From the NCBI GenBank assembly GCA_027021445.1, contig JALUUH010000053.1, positions 27,853 through 91,852 on the forward strand: 64,000 bases of DNA, in the 5' to 3' direction. The translations under genes were made by a program, and so were the position numbers. The notes under the pieces were generated by a model, which was not told where the DNA came from, did not search any database, and saw nothing but the letters and a program-made list of their open reading frames with translations. This stretch comes from Gammaproteobacteria bacterium. Lineage in GTDB: Bacteria > Pseudomonadota > Gammaproteobacteria > S012-40. Of the stretch, positions 20,318 to 31,462 are shown piece by piece (position 1 is the stretch's first letter; every line of letters starts with the position of its first letter).

Positions 20318-21202
20318 CTACATTTTTTGGCTTGCACCAGGCAGGAGCAACTCTAAGGTTTCCAAAAACTGCATGACCGCATCATGTAAAATACGCTTGA
20401 TTTTGTCCTCCGGTATTTCTAGCAACTCCCACGCCGCAGGACTAATCCTTTGCTTGAGTACATTCTCTTCTTCCCCTGACTCTAGAGCATGCGCGATAAT
20501 ATTTGCGACGTGGACAATAGAAGCATCTAACAGATGGTTTTCCGCACGCGCCGGCTCATGATGATAACGCACGGATTCACAGAGACCAGGAGGAAGATCC
20601 CACTTTAGCATTAGCGCTGCAGCCAACTCGGCGTGATCAAAACCTAAAATCTCGCACTCCAGGCCAACGATATCTACACCTGGATTTTGCTCCTCAAAAT
20701 CTAAAATTCGCTTCGCTTCATCTGGTTTCTCTGTATATATCAACAAGCGCCCAATATCATGCAACAAACCTGCGACAAAAAGGCGCTCAGGGTGAAGCAC
20801 GTTTCTTTCTTTCGCTAAAATTCTCGCTACCACGGCAGAAAAAATACTGTGACGCCAAAAACCAGCCATATTTACCTGGGCTGGAGGCAATTTGGAAAAG
20901 GTCTCAACGGCGGAACTTGCCCATACTACGTGCTGCAATTCTTTCAAGCCAACCACGAGTATTGCACGTGAAACAGTGTCTATTTTTGTAGGAAAGCCAT
21001 AAATTGAACTATTGACCAGCTTGAGAAGGCGAACAGTCAAATCAGGATCTTGGCTTATAACGTGGCCAATTTCATCGACATTGCAGCAGGGATCATTAAC
21101 CAGGTCGTTTATTAAAAAACAGACTTCTGGAAGTGAAACCAGTTTTTCCACCTCGCGCACCAATATATGTGCTGATGACTTAATATTTAAACTCCCCAAC
21201 AT
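20318..21202 (-). CDS. HDOD-domain signalling protein
   Basis: Degenerate HD-like region (GLLHDIG...H...H) in the HDOD arrangement; 294 aa, no GGDEF or EAL module. Confidence 0.65.
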   Translation of the reverse strand: MLGSLNIKSSAHILVREVEKLVSLPEVCFLINDLVNDPCCNVDEIGHVISQDPDLTVRLLKLVNSSIYGFPTKIDTVSRAILVVGLKELQHVVWASSAVETFSKLPPAQVNMAGFWRHSIFSAVVARILAKERNVLHPERLFVAGLLHDIGRLLIYTEKPDEAKRILDFEEQNPGVDIVGLECEILGFDHAELAAALMLKWDLPPGLCESVRYHHEPARAENHLLDASIVHVANIIAHALESGEEENVLKQRISPAAWELLEIPEDKIKRILHDAVMQFLETLELLLPGASQKM

Positions 21203-21864
21203 AAATACTTCTCTTTTTAATTCAAACTGTTAGTTCATTATTACCTCCATGCACAAACCTGATCCTTAAGTCTTTCCATTTGAGAAAATTAGCGTCCACA
21301 GCAGTATTTTCTTTACAATAAACCCTGATTACCATGGATATTTATTTGCGCTACAAGCGATAAAGTTTTCGATCACCCTGACACCTGGCACGTGTTTTTT
21401 TTGAGCAAGCCAGCCGTAAGCATCTGATTTTTCTGTGTATTAAAAGTTAACATTAAATTATTTAATGCTTGATCAGAATAACTCTTTCAGGCATGATGGG
21501 TTGCTTTTTTCAGTGTAAAAAGATTTCAAGAGGGATACAAAATGGATTATCTAGACATATTAACATATGCAATTATCGTCATTTCAATTATCACAACGGT
21601 ACTTCTCACGCGTCTTACTCTTAAAATATACAGTAAAGAAGGGGCGCGCTAATCTACGATTTAATCGGAGAGGGGGAGCGAATCACACTCCAAGATTTCA
21701 TTCACAGACGAGCTCCTCAAAATAGGAACATTATGGGTATGCGTACCTGGCGAAGGGGCTAAGGTTCGCAACAAATAAACTTTGGGTAGTTTGCGTCTGC
21801 TGTGGAAAACTCATCGTCTTAATAAATAGACATGTGTGTTCGCTCTCCCACTCATTCAACACTC

Positions 21865-23088
21865 CTATACTATATTTCCGAAATTTGCAGTGCTCGCTAC
21901 AGGCTTGACCGCAGCTGCGGCTAACTTAGCGCACTCCAAAGCGTCTTCCACGCTTTCACCGTAAGCCAAAGCAACTCCCATTCTTCGTTTTTCAAATGAT
22001 TCGGGCTTGCCAAATAGTCTTATTTCTGTTTTTGGGTAGGATAACGCCTTGTCTACCGATAAATAACAAATCGCCGCTTTATCCAGCCCTCCATATATAA
22101 CTGCACTTGCACCCGGACTGAGCAAACCCACATCAACAGGCAAACCAAGAATCGCCCGCGCATGCAATTCAAACTCACTTTGTCGTTGAGAAATCATCGT
22201 CACCATTCCCGTATCATGAGGCCTAGGACTCACCTCACTAAACCAAACATCATCCCCTTTAACAAACAACTCAACGCCAAAAACCCCTCTTCCCCCAAGC
22301 TTATGAGTAACTGCATAGGCAATTTTACGAGATCTCTCTAATGCGAGATAACTCATACGTTGCGGCTGCCAACTTTCAGTATAATCACCATTCTGCTGGA
22401 TATGACCGATAGGCTCACAAAATGAAGTGACTGAATCTTCTCCGCCCACTTGATTCCTTACCGTCAACAGCGTGACTTCATAATCAAATTCAATTTTTTC
22501 TTCAACAATCACCTTGCCATAATTAACCCTGCCCGCTTTTACGGCATAATCCCACGCAGTCGTTAATTGTTCGGAATTTTTTACTAATGACTGCCCCTTA
22601 CCTGAAGACGACATAACTGGCTTTACGATACATGGGTAACCAATTTCCGAATCTACCGCTACTTGCAACTCGTGTAATGATTCCGCAAAGGCATAACAAG
22701 AGGTTGCCAAACCAAGCTCTTCAGCCGCCAGCCTACGAATCCCCTCACGGTTCATCGTCAATTGAGCCGCCCTAGCCGTTGGAATAACCTCTGCCAAGCC
22801 CTCTAACTCAATCTGTACCAGCATATCAGTCGCGATCGCTTCAATCTCAGGCACAATAATATGCGGCCTTTCTTTTTCCACAAGCGCCCTTAAAGCATGC
22901 GCATCACTCATATTAATCACATGAGAACGATGGGCTACTTGATGGCCTGGAGCATTTGGATAGCGATCAACCGCAATAACCTCAACGCCGTATCGCTGTA
23001 GGGAAATAATAATTTCTTTGCCTAACTCACCGCTTCCAAGCAACATCACCCTGGTAGCGGTCGGCGATAATGGCGTTCCTATATTCAT
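21865..23088 (-). CDS. purT: Formate-dependent phosphoribosylglycinamide formyltransferase (PurT, GAR transformylase 2)
   Basis: [15 protein letters not shown]...IAVDRY...[17 protein letters not shown]...[10 protein letters not shown]...RLFGKPE aligns along its whole length with E. coli PurT. Confidence 0.9.
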   Translation of the reverse strand: MNIGTPLSPTATRVMLLGSGELGKEIIISLQRYGVEVIAVDRYPNAPGHQVAHRSHVINMSDAHALRALVEKERPHIIVPEIEAIATDMLVQIELEGLAEVIPTARAAQLTMNREGIRRLAAEELGLATSCYAFAESLHELQVAVDSEIGYPCIVKPVMSSSGKGQSLVKNSEQLTTAWDYAVKAGRVNYGKVIVEEKIEFDYEVTLLTVRNQVGGEDSVTSFCEPIGHIQQNGDYTESWQPQRMSYLALERSRKIAYAVTHKLGGRGVFGVELFVKGDDVWFSEVSPRPHDTGMVTMISQRQSEFELHARAILGLPVDVGLLSPGASAVIYGGLDKAAICYLSVDKALSYPKTEIRLFGKPESFEKRRMGVALAYGESVEDALECAKLAAAAVKPVASTANFGNIV

Positions 23089-23129
23089 CATAATATGCCT
23101 CCTTGAAAATCTAGCTCATTTGAGGTATC

Positions 23130-23260
23130 CCTAGGAACCTGCCTGAGAACGGTGATCGTCACGCACGCTCTCGCACATCCCTGTGCTTCGCTACATAAGA
23201 CCATCCATGGCCAAAAGGATTGATCGCAGTAGGTCAGCCTGTTCTCGAACAGGCTCCTAA
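23130..23260. repeat. Dispersed composite palindromic element (MITE/REP-like), copy 1
   Basis: Termini TAGGAaCCTGcCTGAGAAC ... GTTCTCGAACAGGCTCCTAA are inverted repeats that each contain a hairpin. The internal module CGTCACGCACGCTCTCGCACATCCCTGTGCTTCGCTACATAAGACCATCCATGGCCAAAAG is shared with the copies at 23968, 28325 and 43432. Confidence 0.8.
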
Positions 23261-23303
23261 TCTATTAAACCCTTGGTATATGCTCAACGCCACCATAAAA
23301 TAG

Positions 23304-23942
<639 letters not shown>

Positions 23943-23967
23943 ACCTAGAATCCCCCTCACTCTCTAC

Positions 23968-24188
23968 CAAGAACAGTGATCGTCACGACAGTGATCGTCA
24001 CGCACGCTCTCGCACATCCCTGTGCTTCGCTGCATAAGACCATCCATGGCCAAAAGAGCAAGCCTGATTAGCGTAGATTTTTCGATCAAATAAGGCGAAT
24101 AGCCGTCGCTATTTAACGAACTTGATCGGGAAATCTGGCAAAATGGATTGGTCGCAGTAGGTCAGTCGGTTCTCGGACAGGCTCCTAG
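23968..24188. repeat. Dispersed composite palindromic element, copy 2 (longer form with a second internal module)
   Basis: Contains the shared module GTGATCGTCACGCACGCTCTCGCACATCCCTGTGCTTCGCTGCATAAGACCATCCATGGCCAAAAG with a local duplication of GTGATCGTCACG. It also carries module GCCTGATTAGCGTAGATTTTTCGATCAAATAAGGCGAATAGCCGTCGCTATTTAACGAACTTGATCG (also at 31128 and 43432) and the terminus GGTTCTCGGACAGGCTCCTAGG. Confidence 0.8.
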
Positions 24189-24716
24189 GCCAAGCGTCAT
24201 TTGATGTGGCATGCTACAATTCACGCTTTCCGCCTCATTTTGATGAAGCAACACACCATATGCTTGCCCTTGAACTGCTGCCTGCCGCAACCTCCTCAGA
24301 CTATGCCCATCCAAGAGCTGCGTCCACGCAACTACCGCTCCGCAAGTTCCTGCACGTAAAGCACGCTCTATAGTAGTTAATGACTTATCATCGTCTTTTG
24401 GATGCACTAAGAGCACTCGCCTCAGATCAATGTCATACGCCAACAATGTAGAAACATAAGGTATATTAGGGGGAGCAATCAACGCAATCCAGCGTCCATC
24501 ATGACTGAGTTCAGCGAGAACCGTGAAAATCTTCTGCATTAAGGGATCGGCATCAATAGCAGCATGCGCCGTAACCGTAGCACTCAATATCATACTCTTT
24601 TGAAATAAACCCGCTGATTCCACATGCCTGCCAGGCATCTTATTCATCAAGTTTAACGAATACTCTTTTTTTGGCTTAACTCCATAAGTTTTGCCTATTT
24701 CACAACCATATCCCAT
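24162..24716 (-). CDS. sulA: SulA-like SOS cell-division inhibitor (SulA/RecA-fold family)
   Basis: RWIALIAPPNIPYVSTLLAYDIDLRRVLLVHPKDD...ALRAGTCGAVVAW...GVLL aligns with E. coli SulA (RWQLWLTPQQKL...ALRTGNYSVVIGW...GFIM). A candidate LexA box lies upstream. The start codon is uncertain, and the last 9 codons are supplied by the adjacent repeat element. Confidence 0.5.
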   Translation of the reverse strand: MGYGCEIGKTYGVKPKKEYSLNLMNKMPGRHVESAGLFQKSMILSATVTAHAAIDADPLMQKIFTVLAELSHDGRWIALIAPPNIPYVSTLLAYDIDLRRVLLVHPKDDDKSLTTIERALRAGTCGAVVAWTQLLDGHSLRRLRQAAVQGQAYGVLLHQNEAESVNCSMPHQMTLGLGACPRTD

Positions 24717-24783
24717 ATCAACCCTCCAAGCATTAGCAATGCCATCGATTAGCTCACAAATGAAACTGAATTAATAAACAGCA

Positions 24784-24799
24784 CTGATTTTATATACAG
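24784..24799. promoter_or_regulatory. Candidate LexA (SOS) box CTGATTTTATATACAG, about 70 bp upstream of the sulA-like gene
   Basis: Matches the gammaproteobacterial CTGT-N8-ACAG consensus at 7 of 8 fixed positions with an AT-rich spacer, and sits in front of the only SOS-type gene in the region. Confidence 0.45.
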
Positions 24800-25016
24800 T
24801 ATTTTTAAATACTAGCACTAATTTTACATTAGTCAATTATTTCTATATCTTTAATCGTAATAGTAGTGCCACAGTAAAAATCACCCCATGTACAAACACA
24901 TGCCTGTTATACTGACGGCTAGGAGGCTGTCCGAGGACTACAAAACAATGACTAAGTCAGTCGTGTCGCGCCTAAAATAGAAGACACAAAAAAACGTTCT
25001 GATCCACAACATTTAT

Positions 25017-26987
25017 TTGAGTTTTATGACATCTAAGAAAAACACTGCTCATCATCAAAAAGTAATGAATGCAAAGCATTCCGACCCATTTTGTTTTGGT
25101 GCACAAATTCCCGAATTCGATTTACATCTTTTTGGTGAAGGAAAGCATTGGCATATCTATAACTTATTAGGTGCCAATCAATGGATATCCGATGGCATAA
25201 AAGGTGTTTTATTCGCAACTTGGGCACCTAATGCAACAAGCGTTAGCGTCATTGGAGATTTCAATCAGTGGGATGGGCACTGCCATCCCATGCGTAATCG
25301 CGGCTCCAGCGGAGTATGGGAAATATTCCTCCCTGGCGTTCTCGAAAACCAATGTTATAAATTTGAAATACATCGCAGTGATAACAATCAAATCATCGAA
25401 AAAACCGACCCTTATGGTAAACAATTTGAGTTACGCCCTAAAACAGCGGCTATAACCTGTGCTGCAAATCGATACAAATGGGGCGATGACGAATGGATGC
25501 AACAAAGATCGCAAAACAACTGGCTACACGAACCGCTTTCGATATATGAGATCCATTTAGGCTCATGGATGAAATCCACCGATAATCAATTTCTCGATTA
25601 TCAGGAACTCGCACAGCGCATTGTAGAGCATGTAAAATGTACCGGCTTCACCCATATCGAACTGTTACCAATCACCGAACACCCTCTCGATGCATCCTGG
25701 GGCTATCAAGCATTAGGTTATTTCGCCCCAACCAGTCGATTTGGCACACCTGATCAATTTCGTTACTTTGTCGAACATTGCCATAAAAATAATATCGGGG
25801 TCATTCTCGACTGGGTGCCTGCTCATTTTCCCAAAGACAGCCACGGACTTAGCCAGTTTGATGGCTCAGCACTCTACGAACACGAAGACCCCCGACGCGG
25901 AGAACATCGAGACTGGGGAACCCTTATCTACAACTATGGCCGCAATGAGGTCAAAAATTTTCTTATCGCAAGCGCACTCTACTGGTTAGAAGAATTTCAT
26001 CTTGATGGCTTACGCGTGGATGCCGTGGCATCAATGCTCTATCTCGATTATTCGCGTGAAGCACATGACTGGATTCCAAACAAACATGGAGGAAGAGAAA
26101 ACCTTGAAGCCATAGATTTTGTTCGCGACCTGAACATCGCCACCCATAGCCAACACCCAGGAACCATCATCATGGCCGAAGAATCTACCGCATGGCCACA
26201 AGTATCACGACCCGTTGATTCAGGCGGATTAGGTTTTAGCATGAAATGGAATATGGGCTGGATGCACGACACACTGAGCTATATGGAAAAAGACCCTATT
26301 CACCGCAGCCATCATCACAGTCAACTTACCTTTGGACTACTTTATAATTTTACTGAAAATTTTATCCTACCGTTTTCACACGACGAAGTCGTACATGAAA
26401 AAAAATCCTTGCTCTACAAAATGCCAGGAGATGAATGGCAGCAATTTGCCAACCTCAGATTACTCTATGCCTATCTATTTACCTATCCCGGTAAAAAGCT
26501 ACTTTTTATGGGCAATGAATTTGCCCAAGGATCTGAATGGAATCACGAAAAATCTCTAGAATGGCATGTGCTCGACTATCCATTACATAGTGGCGTATTA
26601 AAACTTACCAGCGACCTCAATAAGCTCTATCGAGAGTACAAAGAATTACACCGTAAAGATTTCGATAGTGATGGCTTTGAATGGATTGAATGCAACAATA
26701 CCAACCAATCGATTCTGAGCTACTTACGGCGAGACGGCAAAAAATTTCTGCTAACCGTTTTTAATTTAACCCCGATAATTAGAAAAAACTATCGCATTGG
26801 CGTACCCGCTCCCGGCAGATATAATGAGTTATTAAACACCGACTCAGAATGTTATGGTGGAAGTAATGTGGGCAACCAAGGACATATTATTGCGGACAAA
26901 ACTCCCCACATGGACCGCCCTTATTCGATTGAAATAGAGCTACCTCCACTAGGTGCGTTACTATTTTATCCAGATGAAATACAATAG
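25017..26987 (+). CDS. glgB: 1,4-alpha-glucan branching enzyme
   Basis: GH13 catalytic signatures [30 protein letters not shown] and FSHDEVVH, with an N-terminal CBM48-like region; 656 aa. The exact start is uncertain. Confidence 0.85.
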   Translation: MSFMTSKKNTAHHQKVMNAKHSDPFCFGAQIPEFDLHLFGEGKHWHIYNLLGANQWISDGIKGVLFATWAPNATSVSVIGDFNQWDGHCHPMRNRGSSGVWEIFLPGVLENQCYKFEIHRSDNNQIIEKTDPYGKQFELRPKTAAITCAANRYKWGDDEWMQQRSQNNWLHEPLSIYEIHLGSWMKSTDNQFLDYQELAQRIVEHVKCTGFTHIELLPITEHPLDASWGYQALGYFAPTSRFGTPDQFRYFVEHCHKNNIGVILDWVPAHFPKDSHGLSQFDGSALYEHEDPRRGEHRDWGTLIYNYGRNEVKNFLIASALYWLEEFHLDGLRVDAVASMLYLDYSREAHDWIPNKHGGRENLEAIDFVRDLNIATHSQHPGTIIMAEESTAWPQVSRPVDSGGLGFSMKWNMGWMHDTLSYMEKDPIHRSHHHSQLTFGLLYNFTENFILPFSHDEVVHEKKSLLYKMPGDEWQQFANLRLLYAYLFTYPGKKLLFMGNEFAQGSEWNHEKSLEWHVLDYPLHSGVLKLTSDLNKLYREYKELHRKDFDSDGFEWIECNNTNQSILSYLRRDGKKFLLTVFNLTPIIRKNYRIGVPAPGRYNELLNTDSECYGGSNVGNQGHIIADKTPHMDRPYSIEIELPPLGALLFYPDEIQ

Positions 26988-26997
26988 GAGAGCAACC

Positions 26998-28311
26998 TTG
27001 ACGAGCAATATTTCTAGACTTGCCATTGATAATTCCAATTTACTTGACACTGGTATTGGAGACGGAGGTGTTACCAACAATGAAATTGACAAGCTATCAC
27101 CTCGCCTGGATGATCTCAGAAAACGCATACAGTCTTGGCTTAAAGATGACAAAGCTACTTTCTTAAATTTACCAAATACTACCGACCTAGCCTTCATTAA
27201 AAACAAAGGGCAAAAAATTGCAAGCAACTATGTGAGAACTATTGTATTTGGAATTGGAGGCTCCTCGTTAGGTGGCGAAATGTTAGTACGTACTCTTGGA
27301 GATACCAAACCAAGAAACAGTGTCGCTTTTTACGACAACGTAGACCCATCAACGCTCGTTGAACTCGAAGAAGTAGAATGGCATGAAACCATGCTCCTGG
27401 TGATTTCGAAATCAGGCAATACCGCCGAAACATTGAGTCAATTTCTTTCAATCCTACCGGTGCTTGAACACCAGCTGGGCAGTAATAACATTGCGGATCA
27501 CGTCATTGTCATTACCGAGAACAAAGATGGCGCGCTATATCATCTTGCTCAAGATTTAGAAATTAGCATTGTCGAGCACCCGCCTATTGGCGGACGCTTC
27601 TCGGTACTCTCAGTGGTCGGACTATTACCCGCTTATGTCGGTGGCGTAGACATTGACGGAGTCATGGAAGGCGCGCGTGCGATGGCTCAACGCTGTGCTT
27701 TAAATGAAATGCAACAAAACCCCGCATTTCACAATGGCGCCGCACAATACCTACATTCAATGCGTAATCGCACTATAAGTGTGGTTATGCCTTATGCCGA
27801 CAATCTAAGATTTGTAGTCAACTGGTTTAGACAGCTATGGGCAGAAAGTTTAGGGAAAGTTGATAAAAAAGGTGTTAACCATGGACTGACTCCTACAGAA
27901 GCGCATGGAGTCACTGACCAACATTCACAATTGCAACTTTTACTCGAAGGCCCAGACGACAAACTGGTTACTTTTCTTTCTGACCCTGGATTTCGTTATT
28001 TGGGACGACGCATTCCCATGCGCTACCAAAACATCCCAGCCATCAAACCACTCGCAGGACACACTATTGGTGAATTATTCATCTCCGAACTTAAAGCCAC
28101 CCGAAAGACCCTGAGCCGACGAGGTCGCCCGAATCGAACACTTGAACTACGTGAACGAGATGCTTATGCCCTAGGAGAGCTTATCATCTTGATTGAAATG
28201 GAAACCGTAGTTGTGGCTGAACTTATGGGTATCGACGCATTTAATCAGCCAGCAGTTGAAGAAAGCAAAATATTAACTCGTCAATATTTAAGCGAACTCG
28301 ACAACGTATAG
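26998..28311 (+). CDS. pgi: Glucose-6-phosphate isomerase (short bacterial/SIS-type PGI family)
   Basis: FGIGGSSLG...ISKSGNTAET (SIS phosphosugar-binding motif) and the conserved ...E..LG...DAFNQP..E C-terminal block. The start is moved to the TTG at 26998, which is preceded by AGGAGA just after the glgB stop; the ATG in the track (26953) lies inside glgB. Confidence 0.65.
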   Translation: MTSNISRLAIDNSNLLDTGIGDGGVTNNEIDKLSPRLDDLRKRIQSWLKDDKATFLNLPNTTDLAFIKNKGQKIASNYVRTIVFGIGGSSLGGEMLVRTLGDTKPRNSVAFYDNVDPSTLVELEEVEWHETMLLVISKSGNTAETLSQFLSILPVLEHQLGSNNIADHVIVITENKDGALYHLAQDLEISIVEHPPIGGRFSVLSVVGLLPAYVGGVDIDGVMEGARAMAQRCALNEMQQNPAFHNGAAQYLHSMRNRTISVVMPYADNLRFVVNWFRQLWAESLGKVDKKGVNHGLTPTEAHGVTDQHSQLQLLLEGPDDKLVTFLSDPGFRYLGRRIPMRYQNIPAIKPLAGHTIGELFISELKATRKTLSRRGRPNRTLELRERDAYALGELIILIEMETVVVAELMGIDAFNQPAVEESKILTRQYLSELDNV

Positions 28312-28324
28312 TCCTGGTTTTTAC

Positions 28325-28460
28325 CTAGGAGCCTGTCCGAGAATAGAGAACCTACTGCGGAAAATCTATGCTAATCAGGCGTGCTCTTTTGGCCGTGGAT
28401 GGTCTTATGCAGCGAAGCACAGGGATGTACGAGCGCGCGTAGCGATCACTGTCCTAGACC
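28325..28460. repeat. Dispersed composite palindromic element, copy 3 (inverted orientation)
   Basis: Reverse complement of the shared module (CTTTTGGCCGTGGATGGTCTTATGCAGCGAAGCACAGGGATGTACGAGCGCGCGTAGCGATCAC) flanked by the TAGGAGCCTGTCCGAGAA terminus. It starts 14 bp after the pgi stop. Confidence 0.8.
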
Positions 28461-29050
28461 TACATCCATAAGGCTTTCTGCGACAAATACTCAATACAAA
28501 CACGCCACAAACAAACACTAAAAAAAACAACAGCTTAAAAACAATCGCAAGTAAAAAACACCTTTACCAACACGATATAGTCATCGCGTCAAAATTATAT
28601 CACCATCTTTCAACTTAAGTCGCAAACAAGCCTCAAGGCATTGCATTTCCCACCAAACTTAGAATATTGATAATCATAGAGTTCTCAGTACGCATTCTCT
28701 AAAATCAGCAAAACACTGATCATTTAGCCTCCAGTGGCACACTAACTGCTCTACTCAACACATAAAACGTAAAGTTTATTTTTCAGCAGCCGAATACCAG
28801 ATTGGAACACGATTTGTCGCTGATATTCAGCAGCAATCTACTTACTCAAAACCCAAGGGGTCGCAGATGGACTTGATATACACATTAATAGAAGCAATCA
28901 TAATCTCTTTCTTAGTGGGCGCGGTATTAGGCGGAGTAATCGCAGTACATTTGCAAAACAAGCAACCTGCTGAACAGTCTATAAAAGCAAAAGCAAAAAA
29001 TTTCTAAATCACCCTGCTAATTTCGTCTGCAGAGACCGCCCAAACTTCGG

Positions 29051-30094
29051 TTATGAGTGGGTCTTTGTAGGTGCTGTTAACGCTGACAAAGGCCATCGAG
29101 GATTCACTCTAAAGCTAATATCTTGAGTTTCTCCAGCCTGCAAACGCAAGCAACCAGCATAGGCAATCATCGCTCCGTTATCAGTACAAAACTCCGGACG
29201 CGGAAAATGTACCACACAATCCAAACCTGTAACCAATTCATGTAAGCGTAAACGCAAGCGCTTGTTCGCACTCACTCCTCCCGCCACAACCAAGCTTTTA
29301 CAGGCAACTTGCTGCAACGCACGCTTGCACTTTATGGCCAAGGTATCGACTACTGCCTCTTCAAAAGCAAACGCTATATCGGCTTTCGCTTGAGCATCTT
29401 TTGCAGATGACTGAAAAGTGTTAACCGTAAACGTTTTCAAACCACTAAAACTAAAATCCAAACCAGGCCTATCCACCATAGGCCGCGGAAACCGATATAC
29501 CCCCTTACGGCCTTGCTCCGCTAATACGGCAACGCTTGGCCCTCCCGGATAACCCAAACCCATTAATTTAGCTGTTTTATCAAAAGCCTCTCCAGCTGCG
29601 TCATCTAAGGATTCTCCAAGTAGCTTGTATTCCCCAACACCTCTTACGTAAACTAATTGAGTATGACCGCCTGAAACCAATAATGCGACAAACGGAAATT
29701 CAATATCGGGATTATCTATCAATGGAGCGAGCAAATGCCCCTCCATGTGATGAATTGCCACAGCAGGAATCCCCCACCCCCAGGCTAATGCACGACCAAT
29801 GGATGCCCCCACTAACAACGCACCTGCCAAACCCGGCCCAGCCGTGTATGCCACTCCTTGCAAGGAATCAGCAGCAACCTTTGAATCCGCCAATAACTCT
29901 CGAATTAACGGAATCGTTTTGCGCACATGGTCACGTGAAGCCAGTTCCGGCACCACCCCGCCATACTCGGCATGAAGCGTAACTTGGCTATATAAAGCAT
30001 GCCCCAACAGACCCTCTTTACCCATCCCCGCCGCCGAATCATAGATTGCAACCCCCGTCTCATCGCAAGATGATTCAATTCCCAGCACTTTCAT
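29051..30094 (-). CDS. tsaD: tRNA N6-adenosine threonylcarbamoyltransferase TsaD (Kae1/YgjD)
   Basis: [19 protein letters not shown]..., HHMEGHLLA and [10 protein letters not shown] motifs; 347 aa. Confidence 0.9.
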   Translation of the reverse strand: MKVLGIESSCDETGVAIYDSAAGMGKEGLLGHALYSQVTLHAEYGGVVPELASRDHVRKTIPLIRELLADSKVAADSLQGVAYTAGPGLAGALLVGASIGRALAWGWGIPAVAIHHMEGHLLAPLIDNPDIEFPFVALLVSGGHTQLVYVRGVGEYKLLGESLDDAAGEAFDKTAKLMGLGYPGGPSVAVLAEQGRKGVYRFPRPMVDRPGLDFSFSGLKTFTVNTFQSSAKDAQAKADIAFAFEEAVVDTLAIKCKRALQQVACKSLVVAGGVSANKRLRLRLHELVTGLDCVVHFPRPEFCTDNGAMIAYAGCLRLQAGETQDISFRVNPRWPLSALTAPTKTHS

Positions 30095-30371
30095 CGCATA
30101 ACCTCAAATCTATTATATCTACCGACCCATCTGTTAATGCCAGGACGCTCAATTCTACCCACTTAAAACATAAAGACCTACAAACCGTAACTATTCCAGA
30201 ACGATGGAAACCCATAAAACGTTTAAAGCGGCGAATTTATTAATAAGGGTTTGCGCTCACTCCGCTTAACGGGTAAAATCCGCCGTTCTCCGCATACCGT
30301 TCAAACTTTGAGCGGCTATTGCTATAGTATATTGTTTTAAGTCCTTACACTAAAAAGGAGTGAATTAGGGC

Positions 30372-30626
30372 ATGCCATTTGTAAAAATTAGAGAAAACGA
30401 GCCTTTTGACATCGCTCTGCGTCGTTTCAAACGCTCCTGTGAAAAAGCCGGAGTATTATCAGAAGTTCGCCGTCGTGAATTTTATGAAAAACCCACACAA
30501 GTTCGTAAACGCAAGCAAGCTGCTGCGGTTAAACGACAATTAAAGAAAAGCTCTAGAGAATTGAGCATGCGCGACCGCGGAAAAGCACGTAATCGAGGCC
30601 CATTCATTCGTGATGACGCCCAATAA
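30372..30626 (+). CDS. rpsU: 30S ribosomal protein S21 (with C-terminal basic extension)
   Basis: [42 protein letters not shown] is almost identical to E. coli S21. It is the first gene of the rpsU-dnaG-rpoD macromolecular-synthesis operon. Confidence 0.9.
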   Translation: MPFVKIRENEPFDIALRRFKRSCEKAGVLSEVRRREFYEKPTQVRKRKQAAAVKRQLKKSSRELSMRDRGKARNRGPFIRDDAQ

Positions 30627-30663
30627 ATCTTAAATCATCTTACAAGATAACGGCGAAACTACC

Positions 30664-31110
30664 GTGAGCTTAAAACTCCAAATTCAAAATACTGTCAAAG
30701 ATGCAATGCGCGCTCGTGAAAAAGAGCGCTTAGGCGTATTGCGCTTAATCACTGCTGCCATTAAGCAGCGCGAAGTCGATGAACGCATGGAATTGGACGA
30801 TGAGCAGGTACTTGCCGTACTTAATAAGATGCTAAAACAACGCCGCGAATCTATATCACAGTATGAAGCAGCAAACAGGAAAGATCTTGCGACCGTTGAA
30901 AAAAATGAAATTGAGATTATTCAAGCATTTTTACCTGAACAACTCAGTGCAGACGATGTACAGAAATTAGTGCTCGAAACAATCACCCAAACCGGCGCGT
31001 CTAGCATGAAAGACATGGGCAAACTAATGGGCGTACTGCAAGCAAAAATAGCGGGGCGCGCCGATATGAGCGCAGTAAGCGCCTTGGTAAAAAAAGCACT
31101 ATCCGCCTAA
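30664..31110 (+). CDS. GatB/YqeY-domain protein
   Basis: 148 aa; the sequence (LK..I..D...AMRA.EK..L.VLRL...A) and the position between rpsU and dnaG are typical of YqeY. Confidence 0.8.
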   Translation: MSLKLQIQNTVKDAMRAREKERLGVLRLITAAIKQREVDERMELDDEQVLAVLNKMLKQRRESISQYEAANRKDLATVEKNEIEIIQAFLPEQLSADDVQKLVLETITQTGASSMKDMGKLMGVLQAKIAGRADMSAVSALVKKALSA

Positions 31111-31127
31111 TACTCAGCTAACGAGAG

Positions 31128-31410
31128 TACTAGGAGCCCGCCCAAGAACAGACTAACCTACTGCGACCAATCCATTTTGGCCCGATTTTCCGATTAAATT
31201 CGTTAAATATGCTCAATATTCGCCTCATTGAGTCGAAAAATCTGACTCAAAAATGGTTTGCCCTCGCTACGATCACTGTTCTTAGACTGGCCCCAGGAGC
31301 CTGTCCAAGAACAGACTGACCTACTTCGAACAAACCTGATTGCGCACATTTCTCGATCACAACGTTAAATAGCGACGGCTATTCGCCTCATTCGCAGAAA
31401 TGGCGTATTT
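31128..31410. repeat. Dispersed composite palindromic element, copy 4 (two partial units, about 280 bp)
   Basis: TAGGAGCCCGCCCAAGAACAGACTAACCTACTGCGACCAATCCATTTTGGCCCGATTTTCCGATTAAATTCGTTAAATA... and a second CCAGGAGCCTGTCCAAGAACAGACTGACCTACTTCGAACAAACCTGATTGCG...GTTAAATAGCGACGGCTATTCGCCTCATT unit. Both are related to the second module of the 23968 and 43432 copies. It starts 17 bp after the yqeY stop. Confidence 0.75.
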
Positions 31411-31462
31411 TAGAGGCGAACTGAACAGCTACAAAACCGTAAACCAAAAATCAGGGTGATGA

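Noticed and set aside
26953-26997. ATG start of pgi at 26953
   Set aside because: It lies inside glgB. An in-frame TTG at 26998 with AGGAGA upstream immediately after the glgB stop is more plausible.
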